The notes beneath the pieces were generated by a model that saw only the letters and a list, made by a program, of their open reading frames with translations, was not told where the DNA came from and did not search any database. A DNA stretch of 64,000 nucleotides. It comes from Camelus ferus. Taxonomy: Eukaryota. The stretch covers positions 13,578,001 through 13,642,000 of the forward strand of contig NC_045722.1 in the NCBI RefSeq assembly GCF_009834535.1, written 5' to 3'. Made by a program: the position numbers and the translations under genes. Shown here in pieces: positions 25,558 to 38,357 of the stretch. Positions within the stretch are counted from its first letter, which is position 1; each line of letters begins with the position of its first letter.

Positions 25558-25608
<51 letters not shown>
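25544..25608. repeat. (GT)n microsatellite
   Basis: About 21 uninterrupted GT units at 25566-25608, preceded by an interrupted tract. Confidence 0.95.
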
Positions 25609-25609
<1 letters not shown>

Positions 25610-27582
25610 TGGGCGCAGCTCCCTTCCCTTTCTCAAACCACACCTTCAACAACCCTATCTTATGTTAGTGGAATCTGATGTCCAGCAATCCCTCAACCCA
25701 CAAGCGGAAGGCAGGGAAACAGGACACAGTTCACATCTCTTTATTTGTAAAGTTGGGGGCTGGGAGGTCATTCTCATCCTAACTCGCTGTGTTGTTGCTC
25801 CGTAAGTTAAGCTGGATGATGCAGGTGAGCTTGCTTTCACAGATAGCAAAACACTATCTATGTGCTCTTATTATTCTGCCAAGAGAGGCAGCCTGATTGT
25901 GCCATGTAAATGCTTAGGGTGTAGGCTCTTTGGTAAAGGCACTGCTTCTGCACCGACACCTGGGTGCAGTGGCTTCGTCACCTCTGTGTTTTCTCTCCCT
26001 TCACTACAATGGCTCCTGAACTCGCGGTTGTTTTACAGGAATCTGAAATATTCAGAAAGCAACAAGAGAGAGGTCCAACGAGGGCAGGTTTGGCTGGGAG
26101 GCAGGGAGTGTGTAATTCACAGTTCCCAGTTCCTGTGACACAAGTAACCACCTGACAGACAGCCTTGAGTGGGGAGCCTTTTTCAAGCTTGCCCCCTAGG
26201 CTTCACCTGTCTCCATTTACTTCTGTCCTCCACCTGTAACAGAAGGGAGGAGGGTATCTGCAGAAGGGGTTTGGGAACGCTTTCCCCCCCAGTGCTGAGA
26301 GCTGCCCACCATTACACTTACCCATCAGGGACTCCTCTTGACCAAGATAGAGAGTCAGTTTTAATGTCTTGCCCCAAGTAGGAGTTTCTCTCCCTGGTCT
26401 GGCTTAGCCTCTCTTACTCTGTTTTTAAAGAGTGAAACAAAACAAAGCGAAACAAAACACACCACCAACAAAACTGTTGCCTAATTAACTCAAGGGTCAG
26501 TGTCACGGACTGCGTGTTTGTGGACCTCAATTCATCTGGTGCAGCCCTAGCTTCCAAAGCAGCAGTATTTGGAGTTGGAGCTTTGGGGAGTTAATTGATG
26601 GCCTGGCTGTCAAGCTGTTCTTGATTTAAAGCCCCCCTTGGCCTTCTTAATGACATCAGACTCCAGCAGGGGCTAGCACAGCCTAGCATTGATTTTTGCC
26701 ATTTCTAACCTCCTGTGGGTGGTAATAACTTTTGTTATTGTTAATATCAATTTCCATGTCATTCAGATCACTCTGGGAGTGGACGCTGAGGCTTGAGGAC
26801 AAATACGGACTGACTATTCCTTAGTTCCTTGTGGTTAAGTCTTGAGTCCTTCCTTAGACTCAGCTCTCCAAGAGGATGGGACCCACTGGAGCTACAAGCC
26901 CCTCAGCGTACACTTCGGGGCTTTTTTTCCCCACCAGAAATGATTAGAGTTGGATTTTCTCTTATTTGTACCCCAAAGCATTCTGACTAATAGTGACATT
27001 AGAGGGTCCAATTAAGATGCACAACAGTGGCTTACAGCAAGGGGTGAGGGATTTGGGAATAAAGACAAATGAAGAGTCTCTCCATATTTGAAAATAAGAA
27101 ACTATAGGGTTTAATTTTGAGTGGGAAAAGTGGTAGACTATTACAGGAGTCGGAAACAGAAATAAACCTCAGATCTTTTGATTTGGGGAGACTTCACTGC
27201 TGTTGCCCCTCTCCCAGCCCCCCTCCTGTATATTGCCCCCCTGCCACACTTTTCATCTCTACTGGAATTCTCTCTCTTAATTTGCCTTTAGTCCTTTCTT
27301 CCTATCTCAACCTCATCTCTTATCCATTTCCAACCCACAATTTTTGCTGCCCTTCTTCGATTTACTCCCATCTCATCTTCCATTAAAACCAGTCAAGGAA
27401 ATACATATAAATATAATAAAACCCAGAAAATCTAAACTTAACCAAGAATTGAAAGACTATCCCTTCTGTTAATTTATTAATACAAAAATAAATTATTTTT
27501 AATCACAGCATATGACTGAAGTATGGAGTATAATGAAATAAGAAAGAGATGAGCTTGTCCTCAATATTTTTATGGTCAAGAA

Positions 27583-27806
27583 CAAGTGTTTACAAATTTT
27601 GCCTCTAAAGGCTCAGATGGTAAATGTGTTCAGCTCTGTGGGCCATGCAGTCTCTGTTCCAACTACTCAGCTCTGCCACTGCAGCGTGAAAGCAGCCATA
27701 GAATATATGGAAATAAGTGGGTGTGGCTGTGTCCCAATAAAACTTTATTTATAAAAACAGACAGCAGGCCAGATTTGACTCATGGGCCATAGTGGGCTGA
27801 CCCCTG
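27583..27806 (+). mobile_element. MER58A (hAT-Charlie MITE), essentially full length
   Basis: Colinear with recalled consensus (caactactcagctctgcc...ggctgtgtcccaataaaactttatt...gacccctg); flanks gtcaagaa/atctagac resemble the NTCTAGAN target. Confidence 0.9.
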
Positions 27807-28219
27807 ATCTAGACAGACAGCTAATAAGAAAATGACAATGCGGTATAGTGGAGACATCAAGCATTTTCAACATGAACATTGCTCAAGGGCACAGTTTATA
27901 AGCTTAGGAAATATTTTCACATTTACTCTTTGCTGGCCTCACCCACAGACATGCTCTAAGTTAAGGTCAGGTCCTTCTGGAACCCCTGTCCTTCTACAGG
28001 GCTGCCTCAGAAGCCAAACTTGTTAAGGACTTCCTGAGGAATGGGCCTACCTAACCATTCAGAAAGTATAAATTAAAAAGAATATATAAGAAAGTAATTT
28101 CACTATTTCTTACGACATATCTGTAGGAGAAGAGTGGAAGCTAATCTTTATCTTCATTCCAGATGGGGTCTTCCCCTTCCCTCTTGTCCTGGGAGCCCAG
28201 GACCTCTTTGCTGCCCTTG

Positions 28220-28760
28220 AGATACCCAAATTTTATCATGAATTTATAGGTACATTTAGAAAGAGTTGAACTCTTCACAAAATAGAATTTCCCAATTCTT
28301 CTTTATGCCTCTCAGTAGAGTTTTATCAGTTTCTTCCAACAGACACAGATTGTTTATCTTTTGTTGCTCTTGCAAATGGAATCTTTCCTGAATTTGATTT
28401 TTAACTTTATTGTCTGTGACTAAGAAGCAATTGATTTTTGTATATTAATTTTTCTAGCCAGACAATTTATAAAAACTCTTACTGTTAAAATGGTTTTTCA
28501 GTTGATTCTCTTCCCAAATATGCAATCATATCATGTCAAATATTAATACATTTGCCTCGATTTTTTAACACTCAATACTTTAACTTTGCTTCCTTTCTTA
28601 TTGTATTGATTCAGACTTTCAAAATAATACATGTAAAAGTGGTTTGTTTCCTTATTTTAATGGTAACGCTTCTTGTATTTCATTGATCAGTCATGATGTT
28701 TAACTTTGATTTAATGTATATTTATCAGATTAAAAATTTATAAATACATTTCTAATTTAT
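28220..28760 (-). mobile_element. Old L1ME ORF2 fragment (inverted part)
   Basis: aagcaattgatttttgtatattaattttt...tgcaatcatatcat. Confidence 0.65.
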
Positions 28761-28779
28761 TGGTTTTTTGGTAAAATTA

Positions 28780-29500
28780 ATAAACAATCCAGAAGTAGAT
28801 CCTTGTTTATAACTAAATTAATAAAGAAACATTTATTTGTCAAATCAATGGAAAATAATGGATTATTTAATAAGTGGTACCAGTGGAATATTATTCATCA
28901 CCAGAAAATATACTTGGACTGCTATACCATTTCCCAGAGGAATTTCCAGTGAAATGAACATTCCAATGTAAATAGAATACAATATTGAGAGTAAAATATG
29001 CCATCAATGAAGTTAATATATGATAAAAATAGGTTTTTTACTAAATTTTTTTATTGCTACCAGCAAGAGCAGATAAAGAGTTCACATCTGTAATGTCCAA
29101 AGAACATTTACAAATTGAAGAGAAAAACACCTAGAATCCAATAAAAAATGAGCAAAAACTGTTAAAAAAAAATTCACAAAAGAACATATGTAAACGGCCA
29201 ACACACATGAGAGATTCAAATTGACTAGCAGAGAAGGAAGTATGAAATTAAATCATAAGATATATTTTTATAATTATCTGATAATGAAACTTAAGAGAAG
29301 TAGCAAAATCAAGCATGGGATAAACATCCTTATGTTCATGGTACAGATGTGAATTGTTACCGCTTAGGAGGAGAGCACTCTGGAGCATCTCTTAAATTTT
29401 AAAACATATGTATTCTTCCAACCAGCCATCTTAATCCTGGAAATCAGATTTCTGGAAATAAAGCACCAGTATTGTAGTGGACACTATAGTACATTGCAGG
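28780..29500 (+). mobile_element. Old L1ME ORF2 3' part (forward part)
   Basis: aatccagaagtagatcc...aaattcacaaaagaacatatgtaaacggccaac. Confidence 0.65.
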
Positions 29501-30310
29501 ATCTCTTTGAGACTGATTCACTCATTCCTCTCTGGCCACCAGGAGTACTATGTCAGTGTTCAGTCAGTGAAACAGATCTGCTATGCGTGATACAGAATAA
29601 GGAGTGCGTAACAGGGATTAGACATAATGCAACTGCAGGACGTAGTGAAGACGTCTGGTGCCCTGCAACTGGAGTTGGATCTAAAGTCACCATAGGTCAG
29701 CCAGACCAGTAGGCAGAGAAGAAAGCCAGGCATGGACAAAGGGAAGGACATGGGGACTCAGGGGACTGGCTGCAGTGCATGCAGACACACTGGAGCTCAG
29801 GTCTCTCACCACCTCCAACCTCAGGGCTGAGGGACCTGCAGGAGAAGCTGGTGCCCTTCATCGTGGACCAGCACACTCGCTTGCTCGGCACGCTCCTCCC
29901 CTCATAACCCTTCCATGTTTCCCATTTTCTTCATCTTATAAGCCATGATTCTTGGTATTACGTTCAAGTCTTCCCATGTGTTTGTCCCTTCCTGCTTGTC
30001 CAGCTTCATCCCCCACCCCCCACCACTTCTTGCCTCGAAGTTTCCATTGTGTTTGTGGAGCTGCTATAGTTTACATATTTATCATACTTTTTTATGCTCC
30101 TGGACCTGCGCTCACATTGCCAAGTGCTTGACTCTCCTTGCCTTATTTTCTGCTAAATCTAATTTGTTTGAAAAAACTCAGGTCAGAATTCATACTCCAA
30201 GGACATGTTCATTAAAATATAACTAACATATAGAAAACAACAAATATTGAGTGTACAACTTGATAAATTTTCACTTATAGATTCCCCCCCCAAAAAAACC
30301 CCACATAATC

Positions 30311-30453
30311 GGGGGGGGGGGTGTAGCTCAATGGTTAAAGTACATGCTTAGCATGCACGAGGTCTTAGGTTCAATCTCCAGTACCTCCATGAAAATAACT
30401 AAATGAATAAACCTGATTAGCAACCCCCGACAAAAAACCAAACCAAACCAAAA
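30311..30453 (+). mobile_element. Vic-1-like camelid tRNA-Ala-derived SINE, long form
   Basis: gggggtgtagctcaatggttaaagtacatgcttagcatgcacgaggtcttaggttcaatctccagtacctcca, then aataaacctgattagcaaccccc tail. Confidence 0.85.
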
Positions 30454-30669
30454 CACATAGTCAAGTAATTCATTATCTAGATAAGCTAGAAATGGATCTG
30501 CATGCCAGACCTCCCCTTTCTGCACCCTTAGTCTCTATCACCCTCCAGAAAGGTAACCACTCTTCTGACTTGTCACCACTTTTTTGCAAGTTTATACTAT
30601 TTAAATGCATTTTTGCAAGGTTATACCATTTATAGGCAAGAAAGATACTGTATGTGTACTTGTGTTGGA

Positions 30670-30965
30670 CTCCACAGGCCTTGCCGTCGTGGTCACGTCC
30701 CCAGCAGCCCCTCGGTCCCTCCCAGCCCCGGCTGCCCCCTCGGCCCTGTCTGCCGATTCAGGGCTAGCGCCCACACCCCGCAGCCCAGGCCAACTCCTCA
30801 GCCTTGAGGGGCTCCCCACGCAGGACTGGCTGGTCCTGCTTATCTTGGGGAAGAGGGAGAAAAACAAAAGAAACAAGGAAGACGAGGAAAGGGATGGGTA
30901 TAGAATCACTTTTTTTTAAAGGAAGACAAAAGGAAAGGCAGAAAAGGGAAGAAGGGAAAAAGCCC
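30670..30965. other. GC/CpG-rich segment plus purine-rich tract inside an old antisense L1 fragment
   Basis: Roughly 70% GC with 10 CpG in 30678-30840; both flanks resemble old L1 3' UTR. Confidence 0.5.
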
Positions 30966-32887
30966 ATGTGTAGTATTCTTGTTTCAGGCACTGAGATTTG
31001 CGGCTGGAATTTGTTGTCTAGAATGCAGTATATACGTCAGCTTGTCAACTGTTGTCCATCTTGTCATTTACTTGGCAACATGTTTAAAGTCCACGTCTGC
31101 CAACGTCAATAACTGCGTCAACTCTGGTATGTTTATATTGTCTGTTTCTTCTCTTGGTCCTTTTTCTTGGAAAACCTAATAATTTTTAGAAGACTCATGG
31201 AGGCCACATGTGCAAAGATGCCATATATTTTGTATACAGAATCTCTGGATGACACTCTTATTTCAGAGATTGTTTTTCTTCAGGTTATGGTTTCTTTTGA
31301 GGGTAGTAGCAGACCACCGATTTGGGACTGAGCAAATCTGAGGCTGATTCCTAGGTGTTGGAAGACGGAGTCCAGTTGACTCTCCTAGCCTTGAAGGGGC
31401 GTCTGTTTCAAGTCAGGGGGTGTTTACCAGCGCCCCTTCACCTGGAGCGCCCTGAACTGTAAGATCCATCTCTCTTGTGCCGTCAAGCTGCTCCTAGCTC
31501 TGCCCAGACCCTCAGTGCCCTAACGTCTACTTTCTACTTGGCTTTTCCAGCTTGCAGCCAACACAAATTACACACGAGACAGTGTGTGAAGGGGAAAAGT
31601 TGTCGTCGCCTCTCTCCTCTCCCCTTCTATAGTGGGCTCTTGGGCACTCGAGAAATAAGATCCATGAACTCTCACTTCGTCCTCTTATCCCTGTGAGACA
31701 GCTAAAAGCTCTGCCCGTCCTCTCTGCCTCTCTTGTTTTTAACTGGGTTCTCAGACTCTCCACGTATCTTGTAGAGGAACCAGTAAATTACTGGGGTGAA
31801 AAGGTACAGTAGATTCACTTCAACACCTTTCCTTTGGGGCTCTGGCATCTTGTATCCTGGCTGCCTTGCTGTATATTTAAGGCCCTCGTATAATTAAAAA
31901 AATACACATTATCCAGCTTTTCTAGTCGTTCTCATGGGGAGAGCTGGTCTGCTATGTGCTAGTCCATCACAGCCATAAGCAGAATTCAGGACTGGGTTTT
32001 TAAGCAAGACAACTACCAACCCACTTTGCACATCACTCAGATTTCACATTGAAATAACAAAATGTAAATTTACGTGCCATAGAGTGGAACGCTACAAATG
32101 TCCTTTGTTCTCATATCTGAGATTTTCACGTTGCTAAATGCAGTATAGTTGGGGCTGGGTGGAAAGAAAGGCTTACCTCACGTGTCCTCTTGCACAAGAG
32201 CAGAGTTCCCAAGTCTGAAGTAAGAAGTTGTGCAGTGTGTGATCACAAATCTCTGTGGAAATCCATTACTCTCGGTGGTAAGAGTATTATTTGAAGGTGG
32301 TCTGTGATGAAAACAAGGTACACATTTTGGATCCTACCAACACTCCAGTACAACAAAATTACATTGTTGCATGTCTGAGTCCCCCACTAGAGTGTCCGTT
32401 TCCTATGGGCACAAAGTGCATCTTTTTTCTCTGAAGCCATATTTTTAAGTATGTGCTGGTTAAATTGTGTGCCTGAAGGACTTCTTCAGTGCCGAATTGG
32501 GAATTTATTTTGTCAATTTATTCATCCCCCACCCCCTCCAGTAACCTAATACGGCTGCTCTGCTCTAAGGAAACTGGGAACTGAAGCAGGTAGATCACAG
32601 GCTCCCAGGGGACTTACTGTCTGATAGCGTTTTCACTCAAATACTGTTTGTTCTGACACTGTGGCCTCTCTCCCTTAATTATAAAGACCATATGCTTAAA
32701 TACAGAAAAATAAGAAACTACAGAGGGAGAAAATGAAGATTAAAATCATCTATCTTTTCACCCGGATTGAGTCAACGTATTATCTCCTGCCACATTCCTT
32801 CATTCCTTCTACTGCAGTTGTAACTACTTACCCATAGATATGTATCCATATGTAAAAGAAATTGGTTTCTTTTAATCCTACTGGTAT

Positions 32888-32896
32888 ATTATTATT

Positions 32897-32933
<37 letters not shown>

Positions 32934-33015
32934 TTAATGGAGGTACTGGGGATTGAACCCAGGACCTCCTGCCTGCTAAGCATGTGCTCTACAACTGAGC
33001 TGTTCCCCTTCCCCC
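32888..33015 (-). mobile_element. Vic-1-like SINE, short form, with (AAC)n tail
   Basis: ggaggtactggggattgaacccaggacctcctgcctgctaagcatgtgctctacaactgagct; (GTT)n at about 32899-32931. Confidence 0.85.
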
Positions 33016-33691
33016 TATACTTTGAATAACTTTCTGTTTTTTAACATCTGCTTCGTATGCATTTTGAAGTAGTACAGACATATAAAATGGTACATGGAGT
33101 AATAAAACAAACACATTTGCAACCATCACAAAGTTTAAAAAATTTCTTAGAATTTTAATCTAATGACCATCTATTTCTCCCCATATGTTCCCCTGCCTGT
33201 CTCTTCTTCCTGCACCTCTGATCCTTACCAAAGATAGTCATTATCCTGATTTTCATAATGTCTTTGCATCTTTCTACACTCACTAAATATTTCTGTGTCC
33301 TTAATAATATATTGTACAATTGTGTGTATTTGTAAATGTTACAGAAAATCATATTTCTGAGGCTTGCTTTCCCTCCTTGAAATTACAGTTTGAGAATTTA
33401 TCTATAGATAAGTACGTAAATCTTGTTCACATTTTAACTTCTATACAATATTACACTCTATAGTGTAATATGATATATTTATCAATTTTTAAAATAAACA
33501 TGTAGGATTTTTTCCTAATCTTTTACAGTTACTCATGAAATTGAAATAAACATTTTAATCCCTGTTTTCGCAAATACATGTGAGAGTTTCTCTAATGTAG
33601 AGGCCTGAGGTAGGATTGCTGGTTAAAGAGTATATGGAATTTCAGATTTACTAAATGTTGCCAGAATCTCTCCAAAGTAGTTGTACCACTT

Positions 33692-34340
33692 TATGGAAGC
33701 TCCTCAACAAATTAAAAATAGAATTACCATATGATCTAGTTAATCCACTTCTGGGTAGTTATCTGAAGAAAATGAAAACACTAATTCAAAAAAATATATA
33801 GGCCCCCGCTATGTTCACTGCAGCATTATAGAAGCAGCTTGTGTCCACTGGTGACTGAATGGAGAAAGATGTGAAGTACACACACACAGGCACAATNNNN
33901 NNNNNNNNNNNNNNNNNNNNNNNNNNNNNNNNNNNNNNNNNNNNNNNNNNNNNNNNNNNNNNNNNNNNNNNNNNNNNNNNNNNNNNNNNNNNNNNNNNNN
34001 NNNNNNNNNNNNNNNNNNNNNNNNNNNNNNNNNNNNNNNNNNNNNNNNNNNNNNNNNNNNNNNNNNNNNNNNNNNNNNNNNNNNNNNNNNNNNNNNNNNN
34101 NNNNNNNATGAACAGAATAGAAAAAAAAACTTCTAGATACAGAAAACAGATTGGTGGTTATCAGAGGGGAAGGGGGTTGGGAGGTGGGAGAAATGGGTGA
34201 AGAAGGTCAACTGCACGGTGATGAGTAGCTACTAGACTTATTGTGCTGATCACGTTGCAGTGTACATGGTGACCGAATTACTATGTTGTACACTTAAAAC
34301 TAATATAACATTATATACCAATTTTACCTCAATTAAAACT
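33692..34340 (+). mobile_element. L1 3' end (L1MA9/laurasiatherian-age type), spanning a gap
   Basis: ctcctcaacaaattaaaaatagaattaccatatgatc...actagacttattgtgctgatca...tataccaattttacctcaat. Confidence 0.8.
33897..34107. other. Assembly gap (211 N)
   Basis: Run of N. Confidence 1.
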
Positions 34341-34708
34341 ATGCTAAGAAAAATATACACAAAGGATTAAAAATTAGAAAAGAAAGCAACTTAACATTAT
34401 ATATCCAGTAATGCCAGCTATGCAGTACCTGTTCAATATATGCTTAGTGGATTTTTTTTTAATGTGGAATCATACATGCACAAGGGGGAGAAAAAGGGAA
34501 CTAGAGTAACATTAATGAAAACTTGCCCTACTAGATTTTTAAATGTATTTTACAAGAGTATTATTCAGTTTGACATATGTATATTAATAGATTCTTCTAT
34601 TCAAAGAACTCTATCAACTTTTCCAAATCATTCTACATCTGTTTTCCTAGTGAGCAATTTACAGTGTATTTATTGAGAGTTTTCCTGTAGATGTTTTGTT
34701 CTGGATCC

Positions 34709-34732
34709 TTTTTTTTTTTTTTTTTTTTTTTT
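34709..34732. repeat. Poly(T)24
   Basis: Homopolymer run. Confidence 0.95.
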
Positions 34733-35575
34733 GAGTTCTTGCACATTCGAACATGTGTCACATTTGTATTCACATTTGACTTATATTTTTGATACACGTA
34801 GAATTCTGAGGCTTGCAACATTATTTTCCCTCAAAGCTTTGAAAGCATTCCTTCATTGTTTTGGGGGATAGAGTGTTGCTGAAGAGAAGGTTAAAGTCTG
34901 TGACTTTTTTTTTTTCCCTTTGCTGAGAACGGTATTTGTTTTGTTTTGCTTTCTGTTCATTTGTTTGTTTTATTACTTTCTGACTCTTTGGAAGCATTCT
35001 TTTCTCCATTTCTGCCATAGCTGTTGTTTCTTTAATTCACATGATTTGGCACTTGCAGGGTTCTTGAAAATTAAAAACTCCTTTCTGTCTTAAATTCTGG
35101 TAATATTTATTCCTTTAGTTTATTTATCATGTCCTCCATTCATGTTTCTTCATTTTCTTTCTTATAAACTCCTATTATGTCAATGTTGTGTTCCTGGTTA
35201 ATTCTCACTCTTACCTTTTTTTCCTGAAATATCTCATTTTTTTTTCTCTTGCCAAACAATCTAGACTTAAAAACTTTTACTCATCTTCCCAAATAACTTT
35301 TAGCCTAAATGATATATTTTTATTTTACTCTGATTATTATTTTTTGTGACAATGTTAAATCACATCTTTATATAATTTCTTCTTTAATCTCTCTAATGAA
35401 AAAATTCTTTAAAGATCCTTTCTGTTAACTGTATAATTTATTTTCCTTCAGGTTCAAATAGTCTGTTTTTAATGAGAATGTGTGCGTGTATGTGTGTAAT
35501 GTTAGTTTTCTTTAAGTGTCTGTTGATCTGACTTGTTACTGTTGTTATATAGGAAAACTACTTTCATAGATTTAC

Positions 35576-35817
35576 TTTTTAAAATTTTTATTGAATTATA
35601 GTCAGTTTACAGTGTTATGTCAATTTCTGGTGCACAGCATAATACTTCATACAGGATCATATATATATTCTTTTTAACCATAAGTTACTACAAGATATTG
35701 AAATATAGTTCCCTGTGCTATGCAATATAAATTTGTTTATCCATTTTATGTATAGTATTAGCATCTGCAAATCTTAAACTCCCAATTTATCTCTTCCCAC
35801 CCCTTTCCCCTAGTAAC
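35576..35817 (-). mobile_element. Camelid-type L1 3' tail
   Basis: ttttattgaattatagtcagtttacagtgttatgtcaatttctggtg...tatagttccctgtgcta...aaactcccaatttatc. Confidence 0.85.
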
Positions 35818-38357
35818 TTCGCATGTAACTCAATTACTAAATTGTCATAGTTGTTTTTAATCTTCCCTTTTAAAAATATTATTTATTCTTTTTTTTATAG
35901 TATTGGTTGGAACTTTCAGGAAAATTTTAAATATATTATGATAAGTTTAAAGATACATGTTATATACAGAATATATATAATCAAATATTATATATTGTAG
36001 CATACGTATGATAAAATTATCTATTGTTTAGTCATATTGATATTATTTATTAGTTTTGAAGTTATCATGTAACATTAGTATTTGTTAATTTAGTTTGCTC
36101 AAAGCTTTTTTTATGATCTTGAACTAAAGAAATAATATAAAATATCTTCAAATTATTTTTAACATCTATTAATATCTTCTTTTCTTCACTTATTTAAGTA
36201 TACCCTAATATATTAATATATATCATAATTTGGACAAGCCTCACATTCCTGTATAAACTTTATTTAAATGCATGTTATTATTTTAACATGCTAGTTTATA
36301 TTAATGTTTTATTGATACATTTCTATTCTTAAAAAATTAGTCTGTAGATTTTTTTGAGTTATTGCCATGATTTATTATGAGAATTATACTTGATTTGTAA
36401 ATGCAACTGAGAAGAAATATATGGCTTCCACAACACAGAAAAATTTAAATAGCATATGCACTATTTCTTCTTTGTCTTTTAGGACTTAAAACTCTCTGGA
36501 TCTAGCATTTTGGAGAATGTCTTTAATAACCTGTTCAATTTCTTCCTTTTTAATAAATGTATTACATCACCTCTTCTAGTCTGAGATAAAACACAGACAA
36601 TTGCCTACTTCATGTAGATTATGTTATTCATACAATTATATAGTATTATTCTTTTAAGTCTTTAATCTCTCCCATATTTGTGGCCCCTGGCTAAATTTCT
36701 TCTTTTTAATATCCTGAAATTTGCTTGATTATTACAAAATTTATTTGTAATTTGATTGATTTACAAGTTTGACTATTATGAGATTTACTTAAAACACTGT
36801 TTCTTACATTTATTTGTCTTTTTAATTTTTTACATTTTCTTATATATTAATTCAGATTTTATTCTTGTAATTTACCATATTCTCTCCAAGGATTTTTGGG
36901 TTTTTTCATTTTTTTTTATTTGACGGGGATGAGAAGTAAGTTATCACTTGAAGAGTTAATTCTCACTTTCCTAATTCAATAATTAATGAGTGTGCTTCTA
37001 AAAGCAGATTTTTCTGCCTTTTTAAGTTTTTATGGGTGTTCTTTATTCTAATTGGCAGTAAAATTGAAGACTTTAACTGGACATAATGCATTGTCTGATC
37101 CTAGAGCTGTTTAATGGACTGTTTTAATCTTCTTTATTTTCAATTTCAAAGTAGGTGCATATTTTGTAAACATTCTATAATGACTGTATTTTTATTATTG
37201 AAGTACTTGCGTATCGTTTTTCAATAATATTTCATCTGCTCCTTTGCTATTATTAGACCTACAGCTTTTATCCAGCTACTGTTATGATGTTTAATAGTCA
37301 GTCATGTCCTCAGTCCTAAACATTATTTCTAACACGATATAATCTGGGAAGTCAGCTATTCAACCTACTGTATTAATATTTACACCAAGAAACATAGGAG
37401 GAGATTTAGAGTTTTTAATCAGTTTCTAAATTTGTGAGTTAAGTCTAAATAATATCGCATAAGGTATCATTTTTTTAAAAACAAACTTTTGTTTCCCTTA
37501 GTGCAAAAATAAACCATAATTCAAACAGCTTTTAAAAATCAAAGCACTTGGGCCAGAATTACTAATATGGTATCATACGATAAATTAGTTTTGACAAGAG
37601 CTGTGTCCTTTAGTCCTTCGAAATAACTAAATAATCAAAGGGGGGAAATGAAGCTTAGCAGAAGCTGCTAGGGAAATCTTCAGCACATCACAAATCCAGG
37701 GAACAGTCTACACTGTTTCAGGTTACTCTCCGTATTGATTCCTCTTTGGACCTTTCAGTAAGAGGGGGCTCATGTTCACCACGATGCGCTCGGGACTCGG
37801 AATAGGGTGTCCATGACAGCTGCTGTCAGGAATCCTGTGTGTGTGTCAAGATATCCAGTTTCCTTTGAAACGATGCATTAGAAAGAGAAGCTGCTGCTGC
37901 TTTTGATATTTAAAAATACAAGTGCAAAATGGTCCATACTTCCTGAAGCCTCCCTGGTGTGGGAAGGCATGTCTGTGGGATGAGCTGCAGATCATGACTT
38001 TGCTACAGAATGCTACTTTAGCCTTCACAGTTAATCACGGAGAAGCTGGACCCCAAATTCTTTGCATGCCAAGAATCTCTATATTGTCTTCTATCTGTTC
38101 CCCAACAGCCATAGCTGACCCTTCTCATCTTTTGCCGAATAGTCTTGTTTTCTGCTTCCCACGACTTACATTTTGGCACCCGGTCCCTATGTGAACATCA
38201 CTTTTTTGACATATGAATGCATCTCCTCACATCTAGTTAATGTCAGTTTTGCTCTTATCTCTGTCTCATAATAATAAGTTTCCATGAGCAGCTACTTCTT
38301 CATTTTGCAAAAGCAGAGGGTGTGTTCAGCTATTCAGAATCACAGAAACATTCCATT

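Noticed and set aside
30316-30390. tRNA-Ala(AGC) gene
   Set aside because: Stem-disrupting substitutions and a direct run into the SINE tail; it is a SINE head, as are the other four copies
31072-31175. Minus-strand candidate exon VFQEKGPREETDNINIPELTQLLTLADVDFKHVA
   Set aside because: Weak acceptor; splicing to the next strong acceptor (30843) gives an immediate stop; peptide not recognised
7477-34200. ORFs containing X runs (7477-7720, 8927-9184, 33859-34200)
   Set aside because: Artefacts of translating N gaps
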